A DNA stretch of 64,000 nucleotides from Eledone cirrhosa (GCA_964016885.1 OZ024742.1:194680001-194744000); one strand, 5' to 3'. Shown: positions 37,302 to 51,322, counted from the first letter of the stretch. The notes: a model not told the origin generated them from the sequence alone. Numbers and translations are program-made.

Positions 37302-37810
37302 TACCTCATTTTACTAGTCTCAAGAACGCGTCTACACGACGTGAGAAAGAATCCCAAAAGGCGGAGGGGGAGATAGTCACGCGATATAACGGTCGAGAAA
37401 CAGAGTGTTTCAACTGAATTGGTCTGTCCCAGTCATTCATTGAGCAACATCGGTGAAGTTGGCACCCTTAACTCACAGTTGGGTGCGGATGCATTCATGT
37501 ATATATGTGTGTGTCCGCATGTATCTGTGTGTTTCTAAATATATTGTTAATAACTCCCTCTGGTCGAGCAATCTTTGAAGTGTGGGGACAGCTGGATAGC
37601 TTCCATTACTCATACTTCTCGCCTTCTTCGCCACCTCTTCTACGGCCTCGATATAAATACCCCCTCCGCCTCCGTGGTATTTTCTTCGGGGTTATAAGAG
37701 GCTTAGCTCTGTTTCTCGACCGTTATATCGCGTGACTATCTCCCCCTCCGCCTTTTGGGATTCTTTCTCACGTCGTGTAGACGCGTTCTTGAGACTAGTA
37801 AAATGAGGTA

Positions 37811-37900
37811 TCCTCTTGATAAGTCGGCAGACCTCGCAAGGACTCTATATCTTTATGATATATTGTTTTTGTTTATGCCACGAAACTACGTAGTCGAGGA
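37811..37900 (+). ncRNA. Type-I hammerhead ribozyme, U3:A8 variant with a long stem-II loop
   Basis: tcctc-TTGATAA-gtcggca(46 nt)tgccac-GAAA-ctacgtag-TC-gagga; palindromic stem III; GUC site. Confidence 0.72.
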
Positions 37901-38099
37901 ATTTAGGAGCAGTTTAGGTATGATACATTTTATTACTAATTATATCTAAATGTTTCTTCTCTCTTCATAATGTATATATATATATATGTATATATATTAA
38001 ATTGTTAAACAATATTCAATGATTATGTCAAAGAATGAGTTTTACAGTAGATTCGAAGCACTCAACGAAACGAAAAAAAATATTTTCTGGAGTTATTAA

Positions 38100-38333
38100 T
38101 ATTGAAATATAAGTATTAATAAAATAGATGTTCTTTTGATCAATTACATTTTATTATACAGATTTCGGATGTACAGTAGTAGCTTGATTAGATTTAACCA
38201 TTTAACATCTCAGGGTATGTCATGTATCATTATATTTTGTCTGATGAGGACGTACTGTTGTACATCCGAAATATGTATAATAAAATGTAATTGATCAAAA
38301 GAACATCTATTTTATTAATACTTATATTTTAAT
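38100..38333. mobile_element. Fold-back element (family F1) with a plus-strand hammerhead at ~38233-38290
   Basis: 38100-38175 is inverted at 38259-38333; CTGATGA-ggacgtac(tgtt)gtacatcc-GAAA-tatg-TA. Confidence 0.8.
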
Positions 38334-38827
38334 ATATATATGTATATATATATACTCATATATTTATACATATACATATATGCACATATATATATACACA
38401 CATACACACACACACACACGCGTACACACTGACACGCCCCACACACGACACACACACACATATATATATACGGTGTGTAAGTGTTTTAACTCTGGTAGTA
38501 TTCTCAGACAAAGTATTTGGTGTATATTGTTTCCAGGAAATAATTTCTCTCGCGACGAAATAGTCTTATCTATTTTCTGCTTTTCACAGCAGCTTACCGT
38601 TATCTCACACAAATATTCCAAAAGATAACGAGTTTAGCCAAACGCTTGCATAATAACATTTTTTTCTAGTTGTTCTTCTTTTGTAAAATGATCTTGGTCA
38701 ATTATTTATATCACGCTCGGTCGGAATTGTAGGAATACGGATCACGATACTTCGTAATGGCTGCCGGCGACTTTTTATTCATTCTCTTGGGGTATTTTAC
38801 CCGATTCTCAAAAGCTATTATTATCTG

Positions 38828-39014
38828 AGGGTGGATTGGCAGTATCGGTAGAGGGTCGGACGCCATGCTTTCCAGCATAGTTACGTCCCTTTACGATCTG
38901 AGTTCAACTCCCGCCGAGGTTGACTTTGCCTTTCATCCTTACGGGGTCGATAAAATAAAGTACCAGTAATGCACTGGGTAATTGCTGGCCTTGTGCCTAA
39001 AGTAGAAACAATTA
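38828..39014 (+). mobile_element. tRNA-derived SINE (family A)
   Basis: Nearly identical to the reverse complement of 55818-56006. Confidence 0.88.
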
Positions 39015-39150
39015 TCTGTGGCGCTCGAGTGTTGTACAGTTATGTTCTGTGTATGGATTCCCACATTTCAAATGTTCATACATACATATATACATACATA
39101 CATACATACATACATACATACACATACACACGCATACATACATACATACA

Positions 39151-39186
<36 letters not shown>

Positions 39187-39279
39187 TATATATACATACA
39201 TACACATACACATACACACGCATACATACATACATATATACATACATACATACACACACACATTCATACATACACATCC

Positions 39280-41167
39280 ATCCAAGGAAAGCCTTTCCCA
39301 CAGAGGATGTCAGAACAAACAAGGAAAACAATATCTGAAAAAATATAGAATCAAAGAGAATATGGCCACACATCAGCCCAATATAGAATAGCAAAGACTA
39401 AATAAACAAGAAACTCGTTAAGTCAGACAAACTTAAGCAAATGTACAACATTGAGGAGTTGAATAATCTACCACCCAACATGTCATATCATGCTGTTCTG
39501 AAGAAACTAAAGACTAAATCAAGAAATCTTAGCTGGGCATTAAAGATTCAAACGATACTATCCTTACTGCGAAAGATGATATCCTTGAACACTAGGCTAA
39601 ATTCTATGAAGAACTGTACTTCACCAACACAGAACCAACAACTATTCATTATTCGACATCAGATGCCATCTCATCTATCTTAGCTAGTGAGATATCTCAC
39701 GCCATCAAATATTTGAAGCGAGGAAAAAGCACGGTACTGAACAACATATACTCAGAATTCATCAAAGCTGGTGGTGAAGCAATTATCAAAGCACTTCAAT
39801 ATCTTTTTAACTCTATTTATCACTACAGGAAAAAGCCCAGACATGTTCAAGAAACCATTGATAGTTGTACTCTACAAAAAAGGTAGCAGACATGATTGGG
39901 AGTACTATCGTCCGATCAGCCTATTGAGTCACGTTTACAAGGTTTTCATGAGTATCATTGTAGAACGAGTGAAATCAGATCTTTACGTTCATTCCCTGAA
40001 AGACAAGCTGCGTATCAACCTTGAAGAGGCACCATTGAGAAGATCCTAGCTATTGATCAAAACATTGAGAAATGAATAAAATTCAACAACCCTGTGCACA
40101 TCACCTTCTTTGACTTCACAAAGCTTTTGACAACATGAAACTACCTAGCTTGTGGCAACTCTTATACAAAACCTCAATTAACAAGAAATACATCAACCAC
40201 ATGAACAACATATATCAAAACAAATTTGGGAACTACACAGTGCATAGACATCTTGAAGGGTGTTAAGCACGGGGAGGTATTATCAGCATTTCTTTTCTGT
40301 ATAGTTATAGCTGCACTTATCTACCAAACAGAAGAAAAATGCTCCTCTTGCTATCAAATAGGAGGTAAAATCCTATTAAATCTTAGCTATGCTGACGATC
40401 TGGTCATCATAAGTAACTCGAGAACCGATCTGCAAAACTTTCTGAATGTATTGGCCAAACATTCACTAGAAGCTGGCTTACACATCAACATCTCCAAAAT
40501 AAAGTGTATGGCAACTGATAAAAACGATGCCAATCTCCAACTCACAATCTACAACCAACAAATTGCTCAAGTTACGGAGTTTGTATATCTCAGTCACAAA
40601 CTATCATCAAACAACAATGGAGTGGTCACTGTGCAGTATCGCTTCACTCTAGGCTGGGCAACTTTGAACAGGAACAAGGAAGTGATAACATAAAAACGAG
40701 TTTCCTATCATTTGAAGGCTAAGATCTTCGATACTTACATCCTAATAGCTGTGTTATAAGGTCTTCATTGTAATAATTGGAGCACAAGGTCATTTCAGAA
40801 GCTCTCTACATTCTAGAACCACATCATGAGACTTATGACTGGCAAGCGGCTCAGCGACCGTATCTGTATCATTGAGCAGATGCACATCCCCAGGCTTAGA
40901 CCAATCACATCGGTTGTCAGATTAAGAGTGCTTTAACTGTATGGTCATATCAAAAGATCAACTCGTGGTGTGAGTAAGTTATGCCTAGAAGGAAAGTTGG
41001 CTGGTATGAGAAGCAGAGGTCGGCAGCCAAAACGTTGGTTTGATAATGTTAACTTATGGATTGGACTCGACCTTTGTTCTTTAAACTCTGCTGTTGATGA
41101 GCGAACTTTCTGGAGAAAAATATCTCGTGTTGATGCGCTGTCTGCAACTGTCGGAGTTAGCGTCTAG
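39280..41167 (+). pseudogene. Decayed, 5'-truncated RTE-clade LINE (reverse transcriptase)
   Basis: LYKKGSRHDWEYYRPISLLSHVYKVF, GVKHGEVLS, YADDL and C-terminal GKLAGMRSRGRQPKRWFD; multiple stops and frameshifts. Confidence 0.88.
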
Positions 41168-41173
41168 AACGAT

Positions 41174-41225
<52 letters not shown>

Positions 41226-41234
41226 GTATATAAG

Positions 41235-42830
41235 ACCCTTATTAGTAGTGAGACCTATATACATATAATTAATTTTGAAGTCCGACTCTTCTTATAGATT
41301 GTCCAGGTGTGGCACTCCATATTAGATTGTAATCATCATGATATGAACTCCTTAGTACTTATTAATAGACTCCACTCTAATTTGTAGATAAGAAACCTAA
41401 TTTAATTTATATATGAGATGGGAGTTTATGTATTATTTGATGTCCAGACTAGTGTCTTTATATGAGAGAATTGATCTCCAGATCACCCAGGAGATATTCA
41501 AATTGGCCAAGGATTCAGACATATTTTGACCCAGAGCTTACCGGGAGTCACATATAATAATAGGACCCAGCCAGGTTCTGCGGGGGGAATACACTTACAC
41601 AGAACATTGATTTGGAGGTCTGACTCTTCTTATAGAATGTTCAGATATGACACCCCTTAATAGAAGGTAATCTTCCTGGTATATACACCTTTAGTACTTC
41701 TTAATAGACAACACTGTAACCTATAGATAAGTAACCTAATCTAGAAATTAGTTATAACATCATATGATAGGCACTTATTTGAAACACCATTAGTGTAATT
41801 TAGGATAATAAATTTAACTAAGAAAACCAGCTAGTTACCTCCCCTTACGCATTAACTCCCCTTGGTCACGCACACACTTCCGGAATATAATATCATCACA
41901 CAAAACAAAACAACATGATCTATTGATTAAGAATCGACAAGATATGGTTTATAACTTGGTTCTATGCTGAACCATCGTGGATTGTATGATAGACCCGTGG
42001 TCTATATATTGCGTCTCATGGATTATGTGAGTGGTGGTGTGCGTGAAGACAGTGGTACTGTTTTGCCTACGCTATAATATGTTTTATAATATGTTTGATA
42101 TTTTTGATATTTTGGTGTTTCTCTACATTCGGGATTGTATACCATACAGGTGTATGCGAAAAAATGATTTAACAATTCAGCCCACATAATACTATCGATT
42201 GCCTGCTTCAACTGCCTGATCCTGCATCTAACAATCTGCCGCACTCTAATCCTGTATAAATAAGACACGCGTGCATGCTACACGTGAGATTATTTCATAC
42301 ACTGACTACTCTAAACTTTCCTCTCGCTTTATCTTCATAAACTGCCAATGTTTCATTTTTATTTTTATTTTAAATTTTATTTCTATTTTTATTTTTATTT
42401 TTATTTTTATTTTTATTTTTATTTTTATTTTTAGTTTTATTTTTATTTTTATTTTTATTTTTATTTTTATTTTTATTTTTATTTTTATTTTTATTTTTAT
42501 TTTTATTTTTATTTTTATTTTTATTTTTATTTTTATTTTTATTTTTATTTTTATTTTTATTTTTATTTTTATTTTTATTTTTATTTTTATTTTTATTTTT
42601 ATTTTTATCCTTTAACCTTTATATGTAAAGTGCCATGCTATATCATTGTGATGGATGTCATGCCACTGTGGGTCAATATATGCATATGTTTTTTATATGT
42701 CTCTTGTGTTGAAAAGGAGGTCAAGTATGTTATAGATCACTAAATAGCTGCTCCGAAAAATCCAAACCTCGGTTTGGAGAAAACAATTGTAAGCAAATAA
42801 ATGATTTAAACTGAACTTTGATTATTGTAA

Positions 42831-42835
<5 letters not shown>
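41235..42835 (+). mobile_element. Non-coding interspersed element with an internal ~135-bp diverged duplication, a (TTTTTA)n tract and a terminal degenerate hammerhead (42749-42795)
   Basis: Homology to 1464-1875 and 53290-53450; ends in (TA)n. Confidence 0.65.
42355..42608. repeat. (TTTTTA)n hexanucleotide microsatellite
   Basis: Direct reading. Confidence 0.95.
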
Positions 42836-42892
<57 letters not shown>

Positions 42893-43002
42893 TATCGTGG
42901 GTTGGTAGTATCGGTAGAGAGTCAAACAACATGGTATGCGGTATATTATCCCGTACTTTTACGTTCAAGATTGACTAAATCCAAAACCATTATCATTATA
43001 TA

Positions 43003-43400
43003 AGGGCGGTGGATGGGTAGTAATGGTAGAGCGTCGGACAATATGCTTTGTGGTATAGAGTTACGCCTCTTTATGTTTGAGTTCAAATCCCGCTGTGTTT
43101 AACTTTGCCTTTAAACCTTACGTGGTCGATAAAATAAAGTACCAGTAACACACTCGGTTCACTTTAATCGACTTTCTCGCCCCTAAAAATTGTAGTACAT
43201 GTGCCTAAATCAGACGGCAGTAACAGTAGAGGGTCGGACGCCATGCTTTCTAGCATAGTTACGTCCCTTTACGGTCTGAGTTCAAATTCCGCCGAGGTTG
43301 ACTTTGCCTTTCATTCTGACGTAGTCGATAAAATAAAGTACCAGTAATTCACTGGGATAATTGCTGGCCTTGTGGCAAACGTAGAAACAATTATTATTAT
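43003..43400 (+). mobile_element. Two tandem family A SINEs (43003-43210, 43215-43400), preceded by a partial head at ~42895-42970
   Basis: Conserved SINE core present twice. Confidence 0.8.
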
Positions 43401-44343
43401 TGAGAACATGACTATGATCGTGATTATATTTCATATAAAATTTTACGTATTTTCTTATGAGTTTTTTTTTTTTTGCAGCTCATTTGGAACAATAAACTTA
43501 TTAAATCCACAATGTAGTCACTCACCATCACTGTTGTTGGATTGTGTTTACTGACACTTGTATTGCATTTTATGAAATTTTATGAATTTCCTTCTTCACC
43601 AGCATGTGTATTGTTTTTAGTGCTGGAACATAAAATCTGATGCTTTACCGTTAGACATACATTTTAACACACACATCTTCATTACGCGTATATACTTTAT
43701 TTCTGTGGTTAGCATGGTACATAGTGTGTTATGTGTGTTAATCTATGTCAGCAAATCTGTATAACACACATGTATTTGGTTTGATTTTTTTGTTTAGTTT
43801 TATAGCATATGATTAGTGTTAGTTTATGATTTTTGTAAGTTATGTTGCATTACTACGTTTTGTATTTTCTATCCGTTCATCTTTGCTGCAGTTTCTTTGT
43901 ATTTGATTCATATAGAACAAGTTGTGTCTTTATTATGTATTTTTAACGGTTATGTATGAGACAAGTTGTGTGTAGCATATATTTCTATAGTCTTTATCTC
44001 GGTTAGACTACTAGTTTATTGAGTAATAAAAAAAAAGCCAGATGGCCAGTCCGTAACGAACAAATCGTATAAGTCTAACTGGTGAAGAAATAATATGGTA
44101 AAACTTCATAAAACACATTTGCCGACAATGAAAGTAATAGTAAAATAGTGATACAAAAGTCAACGTCCTGACTGTGAATGTCTAGAAACGTTAATTACCT
44201 TATTGATTATGAGATGTAATGTCTTCATAAGAAAATATGGGTAAAATCTGATAAAAATGTTAAAACACGAAAATAACCGTGACTTTCAACTTTCAACACA
44301 CTTGTCTAAAAGGAAAGTTGTTCCATATATACATACATAATAC

Positions 44344-44434
<91 letters not shown>

Positions 44435-44627
44435 GCAAAGTATGGCATTCAACCCTCTAACGATACTTGAACGCCATGCTTTGAACATAGAGTTACGGCC
44501 CTTGCCATTCTGAGTTCAAATCCCGCCGAGGTTAACTTTGCCTTTCATCCTTACGGGGTTGATAAAATAAAGTACCAGTAATGCACTGGTAATTGCTGGC
44601 CTTGTGCCAAAATGTAGAAACGATTAT
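44435..44627 (+). mobile_element. Family A SINE with a rearranged head
   Basis: Core gccgaggttaactttgcctttcatccttacgggg present. Confidence 0.8.
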
Positions 44628-44649
44628 AGTTTAGATGAGTTTTAAACAA

Positions 44650-44770
44650 AAAGAGTTAATAAATAAAGAGTTAATAAATAAAGAGTTAATAAATAAATAA
44701 AGAGTTAATAAATAAAGAGTTAATAAATAAATAAAGAGTTAATAAATAAAGAGTTAATAAATAAATAAAA
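44650..44770. repeat. 15-19 bp minisatellite (aaagagttaataaat)
   Basis: Direct reading. Confidence 0.9.
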
Positions 44771-46046
44771 CGTTACACTTTTTTTACCCTCCCATTTCCA
44801 ATTAAACCGAACGCTCTCATGACTATGTGTGTGTTTGTGTAAATGTGTGTGTTGTATGAAAGTATGTTTGTGTAAATGTATATGTGTGAACGTATGTATG
44901 TTTTTGTCAAAGTATGTGTGAATGTATGTATGTTTGTGTGAAAGTATGTTTGAATGTATGTATATTTATGTGAAAGTATACCCTCCCATCTCCAATTAAA
45001 CCGAACACTATCATGACTGTATGTGTGTGTTTGTGTAAATGTATATGTGTGAATGTATGAATGTTTGTGTGAAAGTATATGTTTGAATGTATGTATATTT
45101 GTGTAAAAATATGTATGATTGTGTGAAAGTATGTGTGAATGTATGTATATTTGTATGAATGTATGTATATTTGTGTGAAAGTATGTGTATTTGTGTGAAT
45201 TATGTCCGTGACAGTGTATTTTTATAAGTTTGTGTTTGCACGATTATAGATATATACTCATAATAGTTATATACTCATACATATAGATGTATGTATGTGC
45301 ACAATCATACGCGTCGGGTGAGGAAAATCATAATCTCTCTATCACAAATCTCTCCATCATAAACTCTCTATTTCTATATATATATATGGTAGTTGAAGTG
45401 GTGGTGGTGTCGACAATATACCGGAAGTGTAACTTTGAAAAGAAGTCAATTTGAAATTATTTATTTTTACGAAATTATTTTTGTTTACGAAATTGAGAAC
45501 TTAAATTATGTAATATTCATTCATTATTTATTCAAAGTAATTCAACTTATTTTACAAACGGGATAAAAAAAATAAACCGTACGCAATCCAGCAAACCTTC
45601 CTTTATTATAGTTTATACAGCATAAACTGAAAGCGAAATTCTCACACTTCAAACCTTCAACTACATCTTAACACTACCTTTCTTCCCTAAATAACAATTC
45701 TACACTCCTAAAAATAGACTATATATGAAATTTAATACTTTCTTCCTTCATCTATTCTCTGGTGAAAATGTTGCCTGTCCACTACCAACTGCCACTTAAA
45801 ATTCTATCTTCCTTATCTCTACCTCTACTCATCACAACTTTTAGCACACAATCCTCCTTCCCCTCCCTTCTTGTAACTTAACTATATTCTATACAAATCC
45901 TCTCACACCACCCTATGTCTTTCTCTTTCTCTCCCTACCTCCGTCCCTTTTCTCTCTCTCTCTCCCTCTCTTTTGCCCCTCTCTCTCTGTGTTCCTCTAT
46001 CTTACACCACTACCCCTTGTTTCATTTCCTAAGGTCATTTCAACTT

Positions 46047-46149
46047 TGTATTTTGAAAATTCGGATGTCACAGTATCTTTCTTGAATGCCTATTATGACA
46101 TAGTGTAGCAATAATGGACTGAAATTGTGATGAAACAATTGTTAATACG
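46047..46149 (+). ncRNA. Hammerhead-like motif, U3:A8 core with extended stem II
   Basis: tgtatt-TTGAAAA-(~70 nt, gtcacag/ttgtgat)-GAAA-caattg-TT-aatacg. Confidence 0.45.
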
Positions 46150-46339
46150 TGGATTAAATCCTTTTGTAACTGTTTACCTTCGTCCTATTTCTCTTTTTTG
46201 ATTACACTCCTCGTTTGTTCGTGTTTCCACCACAGAATCCCTACCAACCTGTTGAGTCACCTTAACGTATGTTGATAACTTTCCTCACAACTTGTTCTAC
46301 CAAGCTTTGGAATATTCCTAATTACTGAATATATATATA

Positions 46340-46417
<78 letters not shown>

Positions 46418-46724
46418 ATTATATATGTATATATAATTATATATATATATATATATATAGCGGCGATGAATTAGTTTTGCGAGGTTTTTTATATGAAATC
46501 GTGTGTCGAAACAGATATTGTTATATTTGGGGAGGGTCATATTTGCGTAATATTGCCAGAATTAATAACAGAACACACTCACTGTTTGGTTGGTTTTCGC
46601 TTCTCGCTGTCTTTTATATATATATATCTGCGATCTAACTTACTCGGTCCTCAATGTTGCCATTGACTGACCGGCGGTCAAAAATAATACAGATACAATA
46701 TAGACAAACACATATATATATAGT

Positions 46725-46768
46725 TTACATAAATCTTTCGTTGCACATCTGCAACATCGTCAGTGGTG
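46725..46768 (-). ncRNA. Hammerhead-like motif in the Penelope 3' pLTR
   Basis: Minus strand cca-CTGACGA-t-gttgca(gatg)tgcaac-GAAA-gatt-TA; stem I weak. Confidence 0.55.
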
Positions 46769-47042
46769 TTATATTCATTGTTCCTCCTGTTGTGTTGTAT
46801 GTCTACGCCATTTTTTTTTTTTTGTTCAGTCTGTCTATATATTTATTTATTTATTTGCTTGTTTGTTTATCTTATTTTATTTTGTCTTCTTTGCGCATGC
46901 GTTTGCGTGTGTGTATAGTGTTATGTGTGATGTGTGACTAGTGTGTATAGTGTTGTCTGCTGGGTGACTAGTGTGTGTTTATGTGCTTGTGTATGTATTT
47001 ATTTATCTTATTTTATTTATTTAATTTAATTTACTTATTTAT

Positions 47043-49022
47043 TTATACTTCTCTTAGGTCAGTGTTGTTTGTTTGGGTGTTGTTGTTGTTCCACTCATTC
47101 TTTCTGTTTAGCTTTGGTCTTCTAATTTCTATTTCACTGGCCTCTCTGATTTGCCTATCTGCTGGGTCATTCCTATGTTTAGATATTATTCTAATTTCTA
47201 TGTTGTCTATGTTACCGTCATGATGTTGTCTAGCATGTTCGTATAGTACTGACCCGTTTTTTCGTCCTTTTAGTTCCCCCCAGTGTTGGTCTATCCTTTC
47301 ACCTATGCTACGAGCTGTCTCACCTATGTATGTTGTTGTCGTGTTTCTGCAAGTACCCTCTGTACATCTTATGCTATAGACTACGTTTCTAGTTTTACAG
47401 TTTATCCGGGGGTTCACCTTACATATGATACATTTCCTATTGGTACAGTGGGTTTTCTTAAAAGGGTAGGTTTTGCTGATCAGGGATTTTATGGTGGTTC
47501 CTGGCTTTTCTACCACCTTTATTTTTAAGTGGGTCTTTCTCAGGGCCTTTCTACACTGGTTAGCTAATTTCCCTCCAGGGGTGGCGTCCACAAACATGAC
47601 ACTCTGATATCTCTGGTTGTCGTACCATGATGTGGCCTTCCCTATCTTATGTCTAGCCCTATCTAAGCTATTCCATGATTTGCTCCTGTATAGTGGGCAA
47701 ATTCCTTTCATGTCCAGTTCTATGAGGGTCTTATACTTTTCCATGGCTCCTTCATATACTCTGACTCTGTCTCTTTGGTTGTAGCCAGAGAACTGCATGC
47801 GGTTGATGAAGTGTTGGATGTGTCCTTCCATTTCTGTTGGGTCGCACATGCTGGACACATTCTTCATCACTCGTACCAAATCTGCGATCAGAATATTAAA
47901 CTTAGCACTACTGGACATTGCTGAGTTTTTGAGTATCAGGTATTTGGAGGCCATGGGTTTAGCATAGTGTGAGTGGAGAATTTGGGCTCTCTCGTCTATA
48001 GTGTTAATCCAGAGTTCTGTGTCTAATACAGGTAGTCTATTGTTAGGGTGTTTGGAAGGGAAGTCTATAGTTACAGTTATACTCTGGTGTATGGAATTAG
48101 CTATCTGCTGGATGCTTTCCATCGTGCTACGTTCTAAATCAAACTTGTTAGTGCTCTCTAGTGGGGGTGTTCTTATAACTATATTGATATCGTCTACATA
48201 ACGAGAGTACATGATGAGGTCTATGGAGCTTTCATTAAGGAGATCTTTAAGTCTCCTTTCCCACCATACCATGAAAAGGTTGGCAACATCGCCAGCTATG
48301 CTGACGCCGATGGCTGCTCCCTCATTTTGGGTGTAGATTTTCTCATTGAACTTAAATATGTGGCCCTTTAGGGTAGTTTTGATACTAGCCCCTATTGCAT
48401 GTGCGACCATTTTTCTTACCTGATCAGTGTTTTGGGGGGTCCGTATAGCTTTGGTCCACCCAATCCACCTTCCTATGGGAGTCTTTTTAGCCATTGAGGT
48501 TATGGTGGGGGGTCTACCTCTTATAGGTCTACTAGGGCAGAAACATCTAAGGTCATGGCTGTCTAGGTAGTCAGTGTCGTAGGTAAGTCTAAGTAGGAGG
48601 CCCAGTTCGTCTGTGTCGACGTCGCAGAACTCCACCTCACTCTCAATGATCATCTCCACACATCTTTTCACAGCAAAATCAATGTTAATGGATGGGTACA
48701 GTGACACCACATCCATGCTGCCTATTATGCAGTTGGATAGGCTCCTGTTTTTGTTGCACTCACTGATTCTGCTGAGGAGGTCCTCTGTACTTTCACATAC
48801 ATCTGGGGACATCTTGATTATGGGGCGTATAACCATTGAGAGGAAGTAGGAGATCCTGTAGTTGCTAGCTATATTAGCTCCGCATACAGGTCTTGTTGGT
48901 GGTCCTATTGTCGGGTCGTCGACTGTCTTGTGGTCTTTGCGGAGCCCATACAAGGGTGGTATGCCATTGTTAGACGCCTGGAAGTTGTTGGCAGTGCGTC
49001 TGCTTGGCTTTAGGATGTCAGG

Positions 49023-49025
<3 letters not shown>
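47043..49025 (-). CDS. Penelope-like RT + C-terminal GIY-YIG endonuclease (Nematis-like), open but lacking its N-terminus
   Basis: [43 protein letters not shown]; Cys linker [10 protein letters not shown]; VVYSIRC...YIGETAR...R..QH...REA...LN. The first ~90 aa of the 749-aa track ORF are mostly microsatellite and flank. Confidence 0.93.
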
Positions 49026-49117
<92 letters not shown>

Positions 49118-49135
49118 TATATATATATATATAAT

Positions 49136-49193
<58 letters not shown>

Positions 49194-49985
49194 TGTGTGT
49201 GTGTGTGTGTGTCTTTGTTTTTGCACGCGCCTGTGTGTACGTGTTTTGGGTGACTGTATGTGAACTACACACAAGTCTCGCAGCATATACATGAATATTT
49301 ATAACGTATAGTATGTATATCAGTGGGTGTACACAAACGTCATTGAAGCTTTTAAACGATAATTCATTTCAAAATGTAATTAATTTACCACTCGAAGTTA
49401 ATTAAATTCTTAACTACTTATTCTATGTAAAATCACAAAGTTCATTAGTACCAAATCAAATATTTCTATAAACATTATTGAAACTATTTTTAAAATAATC
49501 AATAAATGTAAACGAAAGAACATTCACATTCAGTACACTTAATATGAAAATTTACATATTCTCAAAAGAAAAGTAATTAAAAACCCGCCCATACTTTGCT
49601 CTAATAAGTCATTCCGTCTTAAGATATCGATATTGCCGTTCTAGGATTTTTATTTCCCTCATATATTAACGACTTCTCTAAAATTTAGAAGTTAACCGGG
49701 AATTACGCGTAATTGGTACTTCACTTCTTGTCATTCCATTTAGGAGAATTTTTGAAACGATCAAATATTAGCGTATCTACGTAGAAATTTCTGTCTACCT
49801 ATTTGTCTGTATACCGATATATAATATATATACGTGTGTGTGTGTGTGTGTGTGTGTGCGTGTATGTGTGTATGTGTGTGTGTATGTGTGCGTGCGCGCG
49901 CGTGGATGTGGGCATGTGTTATTTGCATATATCTGTCTCTGTTATCTTGAGTAGGGCAGTGTGTGTATATATATATATTTATATA

Positions 49986-50725
49986 CTAGCTGAATGCCCG
50001 GCGTTGTTCGGGCTTCTAAACATAGATCGGCATGTTTATCCTTTCTTTCTGAAACAGTGCAGAGAATACACGAATACCTCGGCTTGGGGATGGTGTCTAC
50101 ATTTTGTGCTTCTAAAAAAAATTCGTCGTAGATTACTAGGGGTTTAACTTAATTGGGTGCCTGAGAGTAAAATGTTCAACCCACGAAATCCAAGACGATA
50201 GGGTTAACTAAAAAGGAATTCGACAAACCGAACATGTATTTGTTGTGCAATGAAAGTTACAGAGCAGTAAGCATGTGGGACTGCATTGGTGGAGAGCATG
50301 AAGGAATTTAGTTGAATACTTTTAAGGTTACAAAAATCTACCCAATCTGATATAGACCCAACTGTTATATCGGATGTAGAACGCTTCGGAGTAACTATTT
50401 GGGTCACCATCAACACTTTCAAAGGATGTACGTTCAGGTAGGGATAATATAGTCTATAAAGAGAGGTAACTCTTTCAAAATACTAAAGAGTTGTCTCTCT
50501 TGAACATTGTAGACAAAATTGTCGACAAAAAGAGCTTAAGGTTTTAGTGAAAAAAACGCCTTTAACAACAGAAAATTGAAAAAGAAAAGCTGCTGTTAAT
50601 ATCTTTAAACCGCAAGGAATATATAAATGCAAGTTTGAAGTCATCGGAGTAGAAATGTGGATTTATATAAACTTTGCAAACAATAGGACACACACTCACA
50701 GACAATGTCAGTTCTATATATATAT
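49986..50725 (-). mobile_element. Non-autonomous Helitron
   Basis: Plus-strand a|ctagctgaatgcccggcgttgttcgggc resembles the terminator at 16237; the 5' end merges into (TA)n. Confidence 0.65.
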
Positions 50726-50726
50726 G

Positions 50727-51117
<391 letters not shown>

Positions 51118-51258
51118 CAAATGTTAATAAAGTTCATTGATTACTGATTGAATATAGTTTTACAATAGATTAAAAGCACTCAAAAATGAAGTTTTCTGGT
51201 GTTATTAATATTATTCAAGATATTAATAAATGGAGACATTTACATAATCAAAATATAT

Positions 51259-51322
51259 GTTTTATTATATATATTTCGGAGGTACTGTGCTGTCTTTTCA
51301 GTACGTCCTCATCAGATAAAAT
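51259..51322 (-). ncRNA. Type-I hammerhead ribozyme (family F1)
   Basis: Minus strand ttttat-CTGATGA-ggacgtactg(...)cagtacctcc-GAAA-tata-TA-taataaaa. Confidence 0.7.

Larger units (their letters stand above)
36966..37975. mobile_element. Fold-back element with two interleaved inverted repeats (A 36966-37107 / A' 37410-37550; B 37137-37405 / B' 37706-37975)
   Basis: Mirror ORFs 37163..37357(-) and 37755..37949(+) are identical; TA flanks. Confidence 0.9.
46628..49025 (-). mobile_element. 5'-truncated Penelope-like retroelement inserted in (TA)n
   Basis: RT-EN ORF plus a ~410-nt 3' region with a hammerhead-like motif; TA runs on both sides. Confidence 0.9.

Noticed and set aside
49026-49292. 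N-terminal ~90 aa of the 749-aa PLE ORF
   Set aside because: Read-through of flanking (CA)n/(TA)n and adjacent sequence; the element is truncated at about 49025.
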